From: Heterodontus francisci | Taxonomy: Eukaryota | Direction: 5' to 3' | Length of the DNA stretch: 64,000 bases | Assembly (NCBI RefSeq): GCF_036365525.1 | Contig: NC_090394.1 | Span: 71,740,893 to 71,804,892 of the forward strand | In this document: positions 23,959 through 36,822 of the stretch, piece by piece | Layout of the letters: each line of letters opens with the position of its first letter | Numbering within the stretch: position 1 is the stretch's first letter | Made by a program: the position numbers and the translations under genes | Notes under the pieces: model-generated | The model's database searches: none | Told to the model about the DNA's origin: nothing | What the model saw: the letters and a program-made list of their open reading frames with translations, nothing else

Positions 23959-26900
23959 CCTTCCCAAAGTGTGGTCACCAGAACTGGATGACCACTACTC
24001 TAGTTGTGGCTTAACCAGAGCTTTATAAAGGTTCAGCATAACTTTCCTGCTTTTATATTCAATCTATTTCTGAAGCCCAAGATTCCAAATGCTTTACTAA
24101 CTACTCTCTCAATATGTCCTGCCACTTTCTATGCGCTTGAACCCCAGGTCCCTCTGCTACTATGCATTCTTTAGAACTGTACCAATTAGTCTGTATTGCC
24201 TCTCCCTATTCCTTCCGCCAAAATGCATCACCTCACACTCTGTATTAAATTCCATCTGCCACTTGTCTGCCCATTCTACTAGCCTGTAGATGTCAACTGG
24301 TGTCATCCTCACTATCTACCACACTTCCAAGTTTGATATCATTGGCAAATTTTGAAATGTTACTCTGTATTCCAATATCAAAGCCATATGTATAAATCAA
24401 AAAAGCACTGGTCCTAGCACTGAATCTTGGGAAGCATGACTGCCAACCATCCTGCAGTCTGAAAAATAACCATTTACTATGACTCACTATATTCTATCCT
24501 TAAACCAATTTTTTATCTAAGCTGATGCTGACCCTCCTATTTGACGAGCCTCAATTTTGGTGACCAGCTTTTTATGTGGAACTTTGTCAAAAACTTTCTT
24601 AAAATCCATGTCGGCAACATCCCTTCCTTTCCCTTCATCAGTCTTCTCCGTTACTTCATCAAAAGATTCATTAGATTAGTCAGGCACGAGCTGCCTTTTG
24701 CAGATGTGTTTTTTCCCCCCCTAATTAACTGAAACTTCTCCAAGTGCCTGTTGATTTTTTCCCCCCGATTGTTGTTTCTAAAACCACTGATGTTAAACTG
24801 ACCAGCCTGTTGTCACTCAGAATGTCTTTATACCTTTTCTTGAATAAGGGTGTCACATTTGCCACTCCCCAATCTTCTGCTACCTCCCCTGTATCTAAGG
24901 ACGATTGGAAGATGATGGCAAGCCCTTCCACTCCCATTTCCTTTAGCAATTTGGGATAGAAGCCATCCAGACCAGGCGACCTATCTGCTCTAAGTATAGC
25001 CAGCCTTTCTAGTACATTCTTCCCATCAATTTCCATCTCATCCATTACCTCTACTATCTCCGCTTCTTCTGATATTTTGTCAGAATCATCTTCCTTTTTA
25101 AACACCGATATGAAGTATTTCTTAAGTATTCTAGTCTTGCCCCGCACCTCTAAGCAAATATCATCCTCTTTGTCCCTTATAGGCCCTACCCCACCTTTTA
25201 CTACCTGCTTACTATTTACATGCTGGTAGAAGATTTTTGGGTTCCCTTTTATGTTTTGCAATTTATTCTCATATTCTCTCTTTGCCAGTTGTATTTTCCT
25301 CTTCACTTTCCCTCAACCTATTGTTTTTGGCCTGGTTCCTGCTTGAAGAATTTGCCTGGCGTGCCTCATACACCCTCTTTTCCGTTTCATCACATTCTCT
25401 TATTTCCCTTGTCATCCAAGGAGCCCTGGTTTTAGTTCCCTTATCTTTCACCCTTGTTGAAATCTAGCCTATACCTGAAACATCTCCTCCTTAAAGATCA
25501 TCCATTGTTCTGTTGCAGTTTTTCCTGTCCATCTTTGGTTCCATTTTCCCCTGTCTAGATTCCCTCTCATCCCATTGAAGTTAGCCTTCTTCCAATTTCG
25601 AAGTTCTACTTTAGATTATTCCTTGCTTTTCTGCTTTGCTAATGTAAATCTTATGATGCAGTGATCGCTCTTACCCAAGTGTTCTCCCGCAGACACCTCA
25701 TTCCCCAGCACCAGATCCAGCAATGTCTCCTTCCTAGTTGGACTGAGAACATACTGGTCAAGGAAGTTCTCCTGAACATATTTCAGAAATTCCTCCCCCT
25801 CCTTTCCCTTTACTCTAAGATTACCCCAGTTGATATTTGGATAATTAACGTCCCCCAATATCACCACTCTATAGTTTCTATAGTTCTATCATATCTCTGT
25901 GATTTCCTGGCAGATTTGCTTCTCTCTCCTTTTTTCTCTGTCTCTCTCTTTTCTCTCTCTGTCTCTCTTGGCCTATAGAATACCCCAGTAGAGTCATCAT
26001 CCCCTTTTTGTTTCTCAACTCTAACAAGGCTATTTGTGCTGTAACTCACCAACCTTATTCACCGCACTTTGTGCATTACATACATGCACTGTAAACTAGT
26101 CTTTCTATTACTCGTGGTCCTTCTTGGTTTGCTTCTATGTAATATGGTACCACCTTCTCTTCTGATACCATCCAATACACTCACTCCTTTATGCACCTTA
26201 TTCCTCTTTTCGACTTGTATCTGCTGGCACCCATCCCCCTCACAATTTAGTTTAAACCCTCCCCAACAACACTAGTGAAGTTTCTCGTGAGAACTTTGGT
26301 CCAAGTCCTTTTGAGGTGCAGCCCATCCCTTTTGAATAGGTGGCCCCTGCCTCAGAACAGGTCCCAGTGTCCCAAGAATCCAATGCCCTTACTCCTGCAC
26401 CGTGTTCAAACTGCATGTTGATTCTCCCTATCTTCCTATTTCTACTCTCGCTAGTGTGTGTCGAGCTTCTTGAGTGTTGGGGTCCTACTTTTTAACTTCC
26501 TCCCTAGCTCCTGAAAATCTTACCATAGGAACTCAATACCTGCCCTCTCTGTCGTTGGTAGCAATGTGTACCATAACTTCTGGCTCACTCCCTTCCCCCT
26601 GCAGAATATTATGCCTCTCCATGATGTTCTTTACCTTGGCATCAGACTGGAGGATAAACAGTGGTGTTCCCCAAAGGTCAGTGCTAGGACCACTGCTTTT
26701 ATTCTGTATATAAATGACTTGGATCTTGGAATACAGAGTAGAATTTCAAAATTTGCCGATGATAGCAAACTTGGAAGTGTTGCAAACAGTGAGGATGATG
26801 CAAACCGCCTGCAGCAAGATATAAATAGGCTAGCAGAATGGGCAGACAAGTGGCAGATGGAATTTAATACAGATTTGTGTGAGGTGATGCATTTTGGCAG

Positions 26901-27117
26901 AAGGAATAGGGAGAGGCAATAAAGACATATTGGTGTGCAGGAAGAGAGGGACCTGGGGATAGATGTGCATTGATCTTTTAAGGTGGCAGCACATATTGAG
27001 AGAGTGGTTAGCAAAGCATATGCAATCTTGGGCTTCATAAATAGAGGCATCGTGTCCAAAAGCAGGGAAATTATGCTGAACCTTTAGTTGGGGCCTAACG
27101 AGAGCTTTATAGAGTAT

Positions 27118-28161
27118 TGTTATGACCGAGGCGGGAGGAGTGTACTGTTTATTCTAGTCCCACTTCTCCACGGGTCACAATATATGTTTAAATTTTCCCA
27201 CTTACCAATATGGTCAGTCATATACTCTGTTTTTCCCCAGAATAAAATGCACCATCCAGTTTTCTTTAATAAACAACAAAACTATCAGTTTATTTTAAAA
27301 CCAGTCTTAACCAGTAATGAAGTAAAGCATAAACACACAGATTAAAATATTAAAATTCCGTTTTTTTTTTACCTTCGCCCCGACACACGCGCACACATAC
27401 ATACACATATACACCGGTTAACCGGGAAAAATAAAGGGAATTTTGCTTTAAAGCTCTGTTAGAAAAAAAAACAGGCAAAAAAAACCACTTAGGCTGAACA
27501 CTCGCTCATTCTTCAAGAAAAAAAAGATATGGAAAGATATCCTTTGTTTTGATTTAATGTCCCAAATACGTATAGACAGCTGTCACTGGGATCTTCCTAG
27601 AACAGTTCGTTCCAGGCAATGTTGAAGGTCAGTTTGGGTAGGCTTTCCAAGCAACAGAGGTTTCAGCTAGGCCTTAAGCAGAAATGCGGCTACAGGAGGA
27701 AAGAGGAGACTGACACTGGATATGCAGGGTTTCTTTCCAAGCGAGAGAAAAAGATGAGTTGGGTTTTCTTGGCAGGCAATTGTGGCGCAGTGGTTAGCAC
27801 CGCAGCCTCACAGCTCCAGCGACCCGGGTTCAGTTCTGGGTACTGCCTGTGCAGAGTTTGCAAGTTCTCCCTGTGACCGCCTGGGTTTCTGCCGGGTGCT
27901 CCGGTTTCCTCCCACAGCCAAAGACTTGCAGGTTGATAGGTAAATTGGCCATTGTAAATTGCCCCTAGTGTAGGTAGGTGGTAGGAGAATGGTGGGGATG
28001 TAGTTGGGAATATGGGATTAATGTAGGATTAGTATAAATGGGTGGTTGTTGGTCGGCTCAGACTCGGTGGGCTGAAGGCCCTGTTTCAGTGCTGTATCTG
28101 TCTATGACTCTATAAGTCCTTAAAAACATATTTTACAAAAAATAGAAGCATTGTTGTAACA
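27118..28161 (-). mobile_element. Gypsy solo LTR containing a SINE
   Basis: TGTTATGACC...TGTAACA termini; TSD GTAT/GTAC (27114-27117, 28162-28165). Confidence 0.88.
27771..28113 (+). mobile_element. HE1-like V-SINE (tRNA-derived head, CR1-derived tail)
   Basis: A-box gtggcgcagtgg, B-box-like gggttcagttc, V domain gggtgctccggtttcctcccaca, tail gaaggccctgtttcagtgctgtatct. Confidence 0.92.
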
Positions 28162-29689
28162 GTACTGTGTCTATGTCTGGTCACCACATTTTAGGAAGGA
28201 TGTGAGGGTTCTTGAGAGGGTGCAGAGTAGATTTACCAGAATGGTTCCTGGGATGAGGGATTTTAGTTACAAGGTTAGGTTGGAAAAGCTGGGGTTGTTC
28301 TTCCTGGAGCAAAGGAGATTGAGAGGAGATGTGATCGATTTGTCCAAGATTATGGCGGCTTCGATAAGTTAAACAAGGAAAAACTGTTCCCATTAACTAA
28401 AGGTACAAGTACTAGTGGTTAACGGATTGAAGGTTTTGGGCAAGAGATGCAGGGGAAATGTGAGGAAGAACTTTTTTTACGCTGCAAGTACTAATTACCT
28501 AGAACTCTTTGCCCACAAGGGTGGTGGCAGCAGAGATAACCAATGATTTCAAAAGGAATTTGATGGGCGCTTGAAGGAAATAAACTTGTAGGGCTACGGG
28601 GATCAAGCAAAGAAGTGGGACTGACTGGATTGCTCTGCGGAGAGCTGGCATGGACTCAATGGTTTGAATGGCATCCTTCTATGCTGTATTTGACTCAATG
28701 ACCAGAGAGGCAACACACCATGCGGGGCTCATGATGGCGTCTACAAAAATGCCTGTCCTCCTGTGGAATATCCTACAATGACTTGTTACTCTTTGCTTTT
28801 CCCTTCTGTGCAGTTCCTTGCCCATTGGTGCCATGGTCTGGACTGCATTCCTTCAAGTTGTTGTCACTCCTAGCAGTCTCCAATGCTAAGTACTGGTTTG
28901 AGAGTGGCATACACCCTGAAGACCCCTGCCTCTTCCTACCTTTCCTGATGGCCACCCATCTACTATCCTGAACTCTCACTGCTTGTGGGATGACCACCTC
29001 CTGGAATGTACAATCCAGGAAATATTCATACTCCCTGGTTCTCTGGTGCAGCTGCCCATCAGAAATCCAGAGCTCAAACTCCAGCAGCTGGAGACACTTC
29101 CTACACACTTGGTCTCCCAAGACACATGACGTCATGGAACTTTCTCAGCCAGCAGACACCAAACAGTTCAGGGGCTAGAATTTATTTGGATCATACACAG
29201 TTAATTAATGAAAAAATAAACAGGTGACCAAGGTGCCAAGATGTCTGGCACCCTTCTTGAACCGAGCACTAGTGGATTCACTTTGGCTAAGATTTTGATT
29301 ATTTTGTATGGTGATATTGTAAATTCAGTCAAACTCAGTTCTTTTGTTCAATATTTCTAGCATTATCAAAAATGTAGGTGGTTAAATTGGATAACCCCCG
29401 AAAATGATTGCGGGAGTTGCGATGCGCGATTAACCCAAGCCCCGTCGGATGTAATGCTGGCAGCATGCCATCTTTGTGCTGACTGATTATTTACATGATT
29501 TCAGCGTGTGGCCAGTGCTTAATGCACTGTTGGTTGTCTGCATGCATCAGCGGGTGTCTAAAATTAATACTCCCTAGTAGTGCATAAAGCTCATCTGTAC
29601 CTCTTAAAGGGGATCTGCATTGTGGCTGGAGCAGGTGCTGGGAATCCTGAAAGGTATGAATTTCACCTGGGAAGGACAGAAGAACGAAC

Positions 29690-31553
29690 ATGGGAGAAAG
29701 CAAGTTCCAAAGTTTTCTAATACTGCCCTGGAGGTCTTGGTGGAAGTGGAGGAAAGGAGATGAGATGGCCTGTACCCACAAGGGGCCAAGAGACCCTCCA
29801 GTGACACTGTTAAAATGCAGTGGGAGCAGATGGCCGTGGAGGTCGGTGCCAGGAGTCTAGCTCTGACAACCTGGATACAGTACCGCTCGAAGTTTACTGA
29901 CCTCACACGAGTGGTCAAGGTCAGTGAATGTATTTTCAAATGCCATATTCAAATGCCATATCCTCCCAACTGCACCACATGCCTGAACCACTGCTCAATT
30001 CACCAGACCCGCACCACTCATCTATCAGCAATCTCTATCATTCAGGACTCAGCAAACATGAATATGATTCACCTAACCCTCACACTTAGCACTTTGCAAA
30101 TCCTACTGCTTGCATATGCTGGCAGCTATTCAATCATGATGTCCACATCACCCAAACATATTGCATTGCACACACTTCCCTCACTCTTGCAGGAGAAGGT
30201 GATCCATAACTGAAGACAGCAGAAACTGACTGGAGGGTGGGAAGCACGCTGGCATGTTGTAACTCCCGTGGAGGAGACAGTGCTGGCCATAGTGGATAGG
30301 GCTGAGGCCATGGCCAGTGGTGGGGCAGAAACCATTGAAGATGGTGGTACCTAACCCTCCTTCTCATATCCCACTTCCTCCTTATCCCACTATATCTGCT
30401 GATTTAAAGGCTGCAGATGGCATAAGAATGCATCTCTTTCTTAAACCCACCTCTGCTTCCCCTCCTCCCACCCCCTTCACCACAACTTTACTTTTGTGCC
30501 TTTTTCCTTTCAGATATCCAGGAAGTGCAACCAGGCCAGGCAGTGGAGGAACATAAGAGAGTGATGATGAAGACACGCTGTCATTTGATTTCACACTCAG
30601 CTACCAGCTCAGATACTAACACTTTGGTGTATTTCAGAGGATAGATTAGAGGCAGGATCTGCATGTGATGAGACACTGGGCACCAGTGCGCTGTAGCTTG
30701 GATAGCGCAGGTGCTAGCTCACCGAAGAGCAAGATTGCACAAGTTCTGCTGCAGAGGACTCGGGTGAGGACTTTGATGGGGCAAGCTACAGAAGAAGGCT
30801 TATGGGTAAATGCAACAAAATGCTTGGTGCATTGGGAAACGTGCCGGAAAGCCTGCGTTCAATGTCTAGGAACATGGAGGAGTCGAGCACCAACTTGGCA
30901 CAGAGATTGGAGCCCATCCTTTTCAGCATGGCCAACTCCATCAGGATACTTATGGACCCATTGATAATGTAGCATCAAATAGCTGATATCTCAGCTTCCA
31001 TTGCAGAACAAGTAGCTTCCACCACAAGTCTGAATGCTGTAGTAAAAGCTCACACTGAAGTCAAGCAAGGTCAGCTTGCTGCCATGCAAGTACAAACTGC
31101 TCTCATGCAAGCTCGCATTGCTGCCATCATGGCTACGGACACCAGTGATCCAAGGGGCTTGCAGGGTGTCACAACAGAACGACAATTTGTCGTCCATCAG
31201 ATTGCTAAGGCTCTTCCCCATGGAGTGGCTCTTCCATGGAGCAGGCTGCTGCTGTCCTCTCTCAGGATGACAGTATTCATCCTCCCACTCTGCTAGTGCC
31301 CTTGCTGTTGGCTGTCAGCCAGCCAGCCTACAATGTTGCTGCTTATGTCTGGATGACGTAATCTGAATCTGGGCCTTCTAGGACCAGAGCTACTAGACAT
31401 CATCCTGCAAGGCCATTTGCCGTCTCCTCTGCTGAAAGTCAACGCTTTTCTACCAGCCTTGCTGCAGCAGCCACTGAATTGCAATGCATAGGAATACTAG
31501 GATAGGCAAAGGCACACAGAAGACGGGCACTGAAGAAATGCACAAGGGTGATT
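29690..31553 (+). pseudogene. Harbinger Myb/SANT-like DNA-binding gene, three exons, decayed
   Basis: PKFSNTALEVLVE..QWEQMAVEVGARS..TWIQYRSKFTDLTRVVK, donor gtcagt at 29920; acceptor ttgcag then EKVIHN*RQQKLTGG from 30193; donor near 30347; acceptor tttcag then exon 3 from 30514. Confidence 0.82.
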
Positions 31554-32455
31554 AATTTGTATGCAATATGGCATGATTACATTCGTATATTAGGTTTGGA
31601 ATTTTGTGGTGGCTTTTATTTTTGTATTGTGGGCACGAGAATGAGGTGATTGTCAGTGACAGAGTGTGGGGACTGTTGGTGAATGGGGAATTGGGATTAT
31701 GGTTACTGAAAAATTATTTCTTCATGGAGACACGTACAGCCCGGGCAGAAAGGAGCTGTCTGCGTTGCCGCCTCCCTTCCTTTTCCACTTCCTCCTCCTC
31801 CTTATCAGCTTTTTGCCCGGTCGCTAGTGGTAAGGGCTGCAGCCTTATGATAGCAAGGTTGTGCATCATGCACCATACCACTATGATCTGGAGACCTGCT
31901 CAGCTGAGTACTGCAGGGCTCCTCCAGAGCAGTCCAGGCATTAGAATTGTTGCTTCAGCACACCCATGGTATGCTCTGTAACATTTATTTGGCAGCATGA
32001 CTATCACTGTATGCATGCTGTGCACATGTGCATGAGTTGTGAACCAGAGTCATAAGCCATGTCTTAAGTGCATAGCCCTTGTTGCCCAGTAGCCGCCCTT
32101 TGATTTGCCATGGTGGCTGAAATGCAACTGGCACAGAAGACTACCACAGAATGATTGCATCATGACTGCTAGATACTGGGTATGACCTGCATGATATGCA
32201 GCCTGTGTTCACACACCAGCTGAACCAGGTGAAGTAGAATCCCTAAAATAAAAGCAAAATACTGCGGATGCTGTAAATCTGAAATAAAAACAAGAAATGC
32301 TGGAAATACTCAGCAGGTCTGGCAGCATTTGTGGAAAGAGAAGCAAAGTGAACGTTTCGGGTCAGTGACCCTTCACTTTGTATTTCAGATTTCCAGCATC
32401 CGCAGTATTTTGCTTTTATTTTAGTGTTTAATTCACTGCCACTTCTCTTCCAGGA

Positions 32456-35187
32456 ATGCCTATCTTGAAGAAGTTCTGCTCTTCTCTCCGACGGGATTTT
32501 CGTTTGTCTCTTTTACCTTGTTCACCTCAGTTGCTTTCTATTTCCCTCCTGGTGTTTGATAAAAATGTCTACCAAAACTCGTTTTCACAGCCACATCTCC
32601 TTTCTCAGTTACTGTCTCCGGCTCCGACTTATTCCACGTGGATTCCAACTGCAGTTTCACCCATCATGTTTTGAATCCCCCCAGGACTACAGGTATTTCC
32701 GAGAAATACAACGTTTCTCGGACTGCTATTCTCGCCGCATCCTGAGATCCACACTCTGTGCTATGCGCAGCCACATGCACACACTGAACCTCTCCTGCAG
32801 CACCGCCTCACCTTATCTCAAAGCTGTTCTACTCCACAGTTTCATTTCATCTTTCCTCTCATCCGATGCATTAACAAAAAACTTTTTTTCTTCCTTTCGG
32901 ATGTCAAGGAACGCAAGCTCCAGCAGCTGATGGGGACGAATGCTCCTCCAGATCCTCCTTCTGCTTCACTTCCCTCTGACCCCACCCCTTCTGATCTGAC
33001 CCCTTGCCGTGTATTCACTATATCCTCTGACCTCCCCCTCTCTGATGCTGAACGTTCTGTGCTCAGCAAAGGTCTCAGTTTTATCCCCTTACGTCCCCAC
33101 CTCAGTGAATTTTGCGCTCGGCATGACGTTGAGCTCTTCTTCCGTCGCCTCCACCTCCGGGCTCACTTCTTTGACCAGGAGTCCTCCCCCCAACCAGCAG
33201 ACCCATTCACCCGCCTCCAGCATTCTCCCTCTACCTGGACCCCTCCCCCTGGCCTCTTACCCGCTCTTGATATTTTCATTGAAAACTGTTGGCAAGACAT
33301 TGGTCATCTCAATTTCTCTGCCCCCCTCACTCACTCTAACCTGTCTGTCCCCCTCTGAACTTGAGGCACTCCGTTCTCTCAGGTCTAACCCCGACATGGT
33401 CATCAAACCTGCATACAAGGGTGGTGCTGTTGTTGTATGGCGTACTGACCTCTATCTTGCAGAAGCTCAATGCCAACTCACATACACTTCTTCCTACCCA
33501 CCACCGAACATCAAGCCACTGTGCAAAGGACTGTCACTGACCCCATCTGCTCTGGAGATCTTCCCTCTGCAGCTTCCGACCTCATAGTCCCGCAACCCCG
33601 GACAGCCCACTTCTACTTCCTTCTCAAAATCCACAAACGGGACTGTCCCGGCAGACCCATTGTGTCAGCCTGCTCCTGCCCCACTGAACTTATTTCTTCC
33701 TATCTTGACTCTATCTTTTCTCCGCTGGTCCAGTCTCTTCCCACCTACATCCGTGACTCTTCTGACGCCCTACGTCATTTTGACAATTTCCAGTTTCCTG
33801 GTCCCAACCGCTGCCTCTTCACTATGGACATCCAATCGCTCTACACCTCCATCCCCCACCAGGACGGTTTGAGGGCTCTCCGCTTCTTCCTTGAACAGAG
33901 GCCCAACCAGTCCCCATCCACCATCACCCTCCTCCGCCTGGCTGAACTTGTTCTCGCATTGAACAACTTCTCCTTCAACTCCACTCACTTCCTTCAAGTA
34001 AAAGGTGTCGCTATGGGTACCCTCATGGGTCCTAGTTATGCCTGTCTTTTTGTGGGATATGTCGAGCATTCTTTGTTCCAGTCCTACTCAGGCCCCCTCC
34101 CCCAACTCTTTTTCCGGTACATTGATGACTGTATCGGTGCCGTTTCCTGCTCCCGCCCCGAACTGGAAAACTTTATCAACTTTGCTTCCAATTTCCACCC
34201 TTCTCTCACCTTTACATGGTCCATCTCTGACACTTTCCTTTCCGTCCTCGACTTCTCTGTCTCCATCTCTGGGGATAGGTTGTCTACTAATATCCATTAT
34301 AAGCCCACCGACTCCCAGAGCTACCTGGACTACACTTCTTCACACCCTACCTCCTGTAAGGACTCCATTCCATTCTCCCAGTTTCTCCATCTCTGACGCA
34401 TCTACTCTGATGATGCTACCTTCCATGACGGTGCTTCTGATATGACCTCCTTTTTCCTCAACCGAGGATACCCCCCACTGTTGTTGACAGGGCCCTCAAC
34501 CGTGTCCGACCCATTTCCCGCACCTCTACCCTCACCCCTTCCCTTCCCTCCCAGAACCGTGTCACGGTTCCCCTTGTCTTCACTTTCCACCCCATCAGCC
34601 TCCATATCCAAAGGATCATCCTCCGCCATTTCCGCCACCTCCAGCGCGATGCCACTACCAAACGCATCTTCCCCTCCCTTCCCTTGTCAGCATTCCGAAG
34701 GGATCGTTCCCTTCGCGACACCCTGGTCCACTCCTCCATTACCCCCACCACCTCGTCCCCGTCCCAGGGCACCTTCCCTTGCAATCGCAGGAGGTGTAAT
34801 ACCTGCCCATTTACCTCCTCTCTCCTCACTATCCCAGGCCCCAAACACTCCTTTCAGGTGAAGCAGCGATTTACTTGTACTTCTTTCAATGTAGTATACT
34901 GTATTCGCTGCTCACAATGTGGTGTCCTCTACATTGGGGAGACCAAACGCAGACTGGGTGACCGCTTGGCGGAACACCTCCGCTCAGTCCGCAAGCAGGA
35001 CCCTGAGCTTCCGGTTGCTTGCCATTTCAACACTCCCCCCTGCTCTCATGCTCACATCTCTGTCCTGGGATTGCTGCAGTGTTCCAGTGAACATCAATGC
35101 AAGCTTGAGGAACAGCATCTCATTTACTGATTAGGCACACTACAGCCTGCCGGCCTGAACATTGAGTTCAATAATTTCAGAGCATGA
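32456..35187 (+). pseudogene. Penelope RT/GIY-YIG polyprotein with several frameshifts and stops
   Basis: VIKPAYKGGAVVVW; LKIHKRDCPGRPIVS; GVAMGTLMGPSYA; FFRYIDD; CNRRRCNTC linker; VVYCIRCSQCGVLYIGETKRRLGDRLAEH. Confidence 0.95.
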
Positions 35188-35524
35188 CGGGTCCCCCATT
35201 TTACTTTTATTTTTAGTTATTTTTTCTTTTTTACATTTTTTACTATTTTTTTTGTATGTTTATTTCATTTCATCTTAGTTTGTTCAGTTTGCTTACCCAC
35301 TTTTTTTTCATGTTTGTACTTGCTGCTGTTCAATCTTCAGTCCGTTAACACCCTATCTGTACTAATGCTTTGTCTTTCAACACACCATTAACATATTGTT
35401 TGCCTTTGCTCCATGACCTTTTGGTCAGCTATGTGACCTTGTCCAATCTACACCTTCTCCTTTGTTATCTCTTGCCCACCCCTGCCTCATTTGCTTATAA
35501 CCTTTGACATTTCTAATATTTGCC

Positions 35525-35561
35525 AGTTCCGAAGAAGGGTCACTGACCCGAAACGTTAACT
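35525..35561 (+). ncRNA. Minimal type I hammerhead ribozyme motif in the Penelope 3' terminal repeat
   Basis: AGTT-CCGAAGA-A-GGGTC-act-GACCC-GAAAC-GTT-AACT: stem I AGTT/AACT, perfect 5-bp stem II, loopless palindromic stem III (AACGTT); core has C at position U4. Confidence 0.75.
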
Positions 35562-36059
35562 CTGCTTCTGTTTCCACAGATGCTGCCAGACCTGTGAAGT
35601 AGAATCCCTCTAGGTTCCAGTACTTGGCAGGGTTGACATGGAGTGCTTGCAAAGCAGTGGCACCCTGCACCATGGGGAAGCATGGAATCTTAGTAAAACC
35701 TCGTACTTGCTCTTCCTGCTTGTCTTTAGAGAGAGAGAATGAAATGAAATTAGCTGTCTTTGAATTGAGAGCCACAGTGACCTCCCTTACACAACATTGG
35801 GCGGCAAACTGCGCAATGTTGCTAATATTTTTCCAGCTGCAGGTTGGAAGGAGGCAGATGCATTAAAGTTCGTCAGCATGGTCATCTTCACAGCCACTGG
35901 CAATGCAGCCCTTGTCCTGATCTGTGGCTGCTGTAGTTGCTGTAGCATTTGGCAGATTTCAGTGAGGACCTCCTTAATGAAGTGCAGGCATCTCTCACTG
36001 TTCCTTGCTGAAGTTCAGGTGGAAGAACTGCTCCCTGAAAACCCTGGATGGGTACTAAT

Positions 36060-36263
36060 TGTATATTACTTGTGTTTTATTTGTATATAGTGGGTGGCAT
36101 TAACTGGGGATTCACTTGAGCCCCTATAAGAACAGACACAGACAGAAACTGTGGTTGTTGAGTTAGGTATATGCTTGTAATGTGTAACTCTGTAAATAAA
36201 TATAAATGTGTGTAAAGATTCGACTCTACTATCCGTCACCACCAGGCTTTTTGGAATTGAACA
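36060..36263 (+). mobile_element. Possible short solo LTR inside the Harbinger transposase
   Basis: TGT...ACA ends, TATAA and AATAAA; interrupts the transposase between RALSRMQ and YPSRVF; no clean TSD. Confidence 0.5.
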
Positions 36264-36822
36264 GACATTGCATCCTGCTGAGAGCCCTTCTGTCTCTTCC
36301 TCCTCCTCCCTGTTCCGCAGTTTGTCCTACCCTTGGTGGCCTCTGCACATTCTCCCAGTCATGCTCTATTCCAAGAGGAAGGCCAACTGCACCCATGTGT
36401 GCGAGCAGTTGGGTTGCGCAGAAGCCTTGAAGTCAGCAAAACGAACATCAGCACTTGCCACATCACTCCCGGCAGACCTTTGAAACTTGAATCAACTACG
36501 GAAAGCACCAAAAACATATAGAATTTTAGCAACATCCAGAAGAAAACAACCAGCAACTAACCTGTAAGTAGTTGATGATCCCTTTAAATAGTATGGGTGG
36601 TGGATCCTTCTTGTTGCTTAACACATGCTTAGCTGTGCAAGCTTCAGGGAGGGCGTTGGCTGATTTTCCAACTGCTGATTATCATGATCTTCCTGCTTTG
36701 CATACTTCTGGCGGATGTTTACTTTGTGCACACTAATGCCTGAAGCAAGATGGTGTCTGGTGCTCTTTGCATCAGAAGTGCGTGCGTGTGCCACGGATGC
36801 CATTTTGCAGCTTCTAGGGCAC

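Larger units (their letters stand above)
26641..28700 (+). mobile_element. CR1 3' portion inserted antisense into the long CR1
   Basis: SGVPQRSVLGPLL; ORF 26566-26922 YINDLDLG..ISKFADDSKLG..WADKWQMEFN; 3' end gaatggcatccttctatgctgta. Confidence 0.9.
23520..29150 (-). mobile_element. Long CR1 LINE retaining ORF1 and ORF2 remnants, interrupted at 23660-23958 and 26641-28700
   Basis: ORF1-like N-terminus (ORF 28773-29135 CRKCLQLLEFEL); endonuclease ORF 25616-25867 VILGDVNYPNINW..LLDLVL..GKSDH; ORF 24725-25306 RSPGLDGFYP..EDWGVANVTPLFKK. Confidence 0.88.
32245..35593 (+). mobile_element. Near-complete Penelope-like retroelement, Neptune-type (RT, Cys-rich linker, GIY-YIG)
   Basis: Exact 16-bp TSD GTGAAGTAGAATCCCT (32229-32244, 35594-35609); 5' inverted copy of the 3' terminus; RT and GIY-YIG motifs. 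Confidence 0.96.
31700..36400 (-). pseudogene. HARBI1-like transposase split by the Penelope insertion
   Basis: YPSRVFREQF (~36050); GFTKIPCFPMVQGA..EGFYF (ORF 35425-35775); continues left of 32244 with VQLVCEH and LLGNKGYALKTWLM (~32070). Confidence 0.85.

Noticed and set aside
34394-35130. In-frame TGA codons in the Penelope ORF as possible selenocysteine or readthrough sites
   Set aside because: Both fit CGA>TGA CpG decay; the sister copy (ORF 2885-3094) has Arg (IYRLG) where 35128-35130 has TGA
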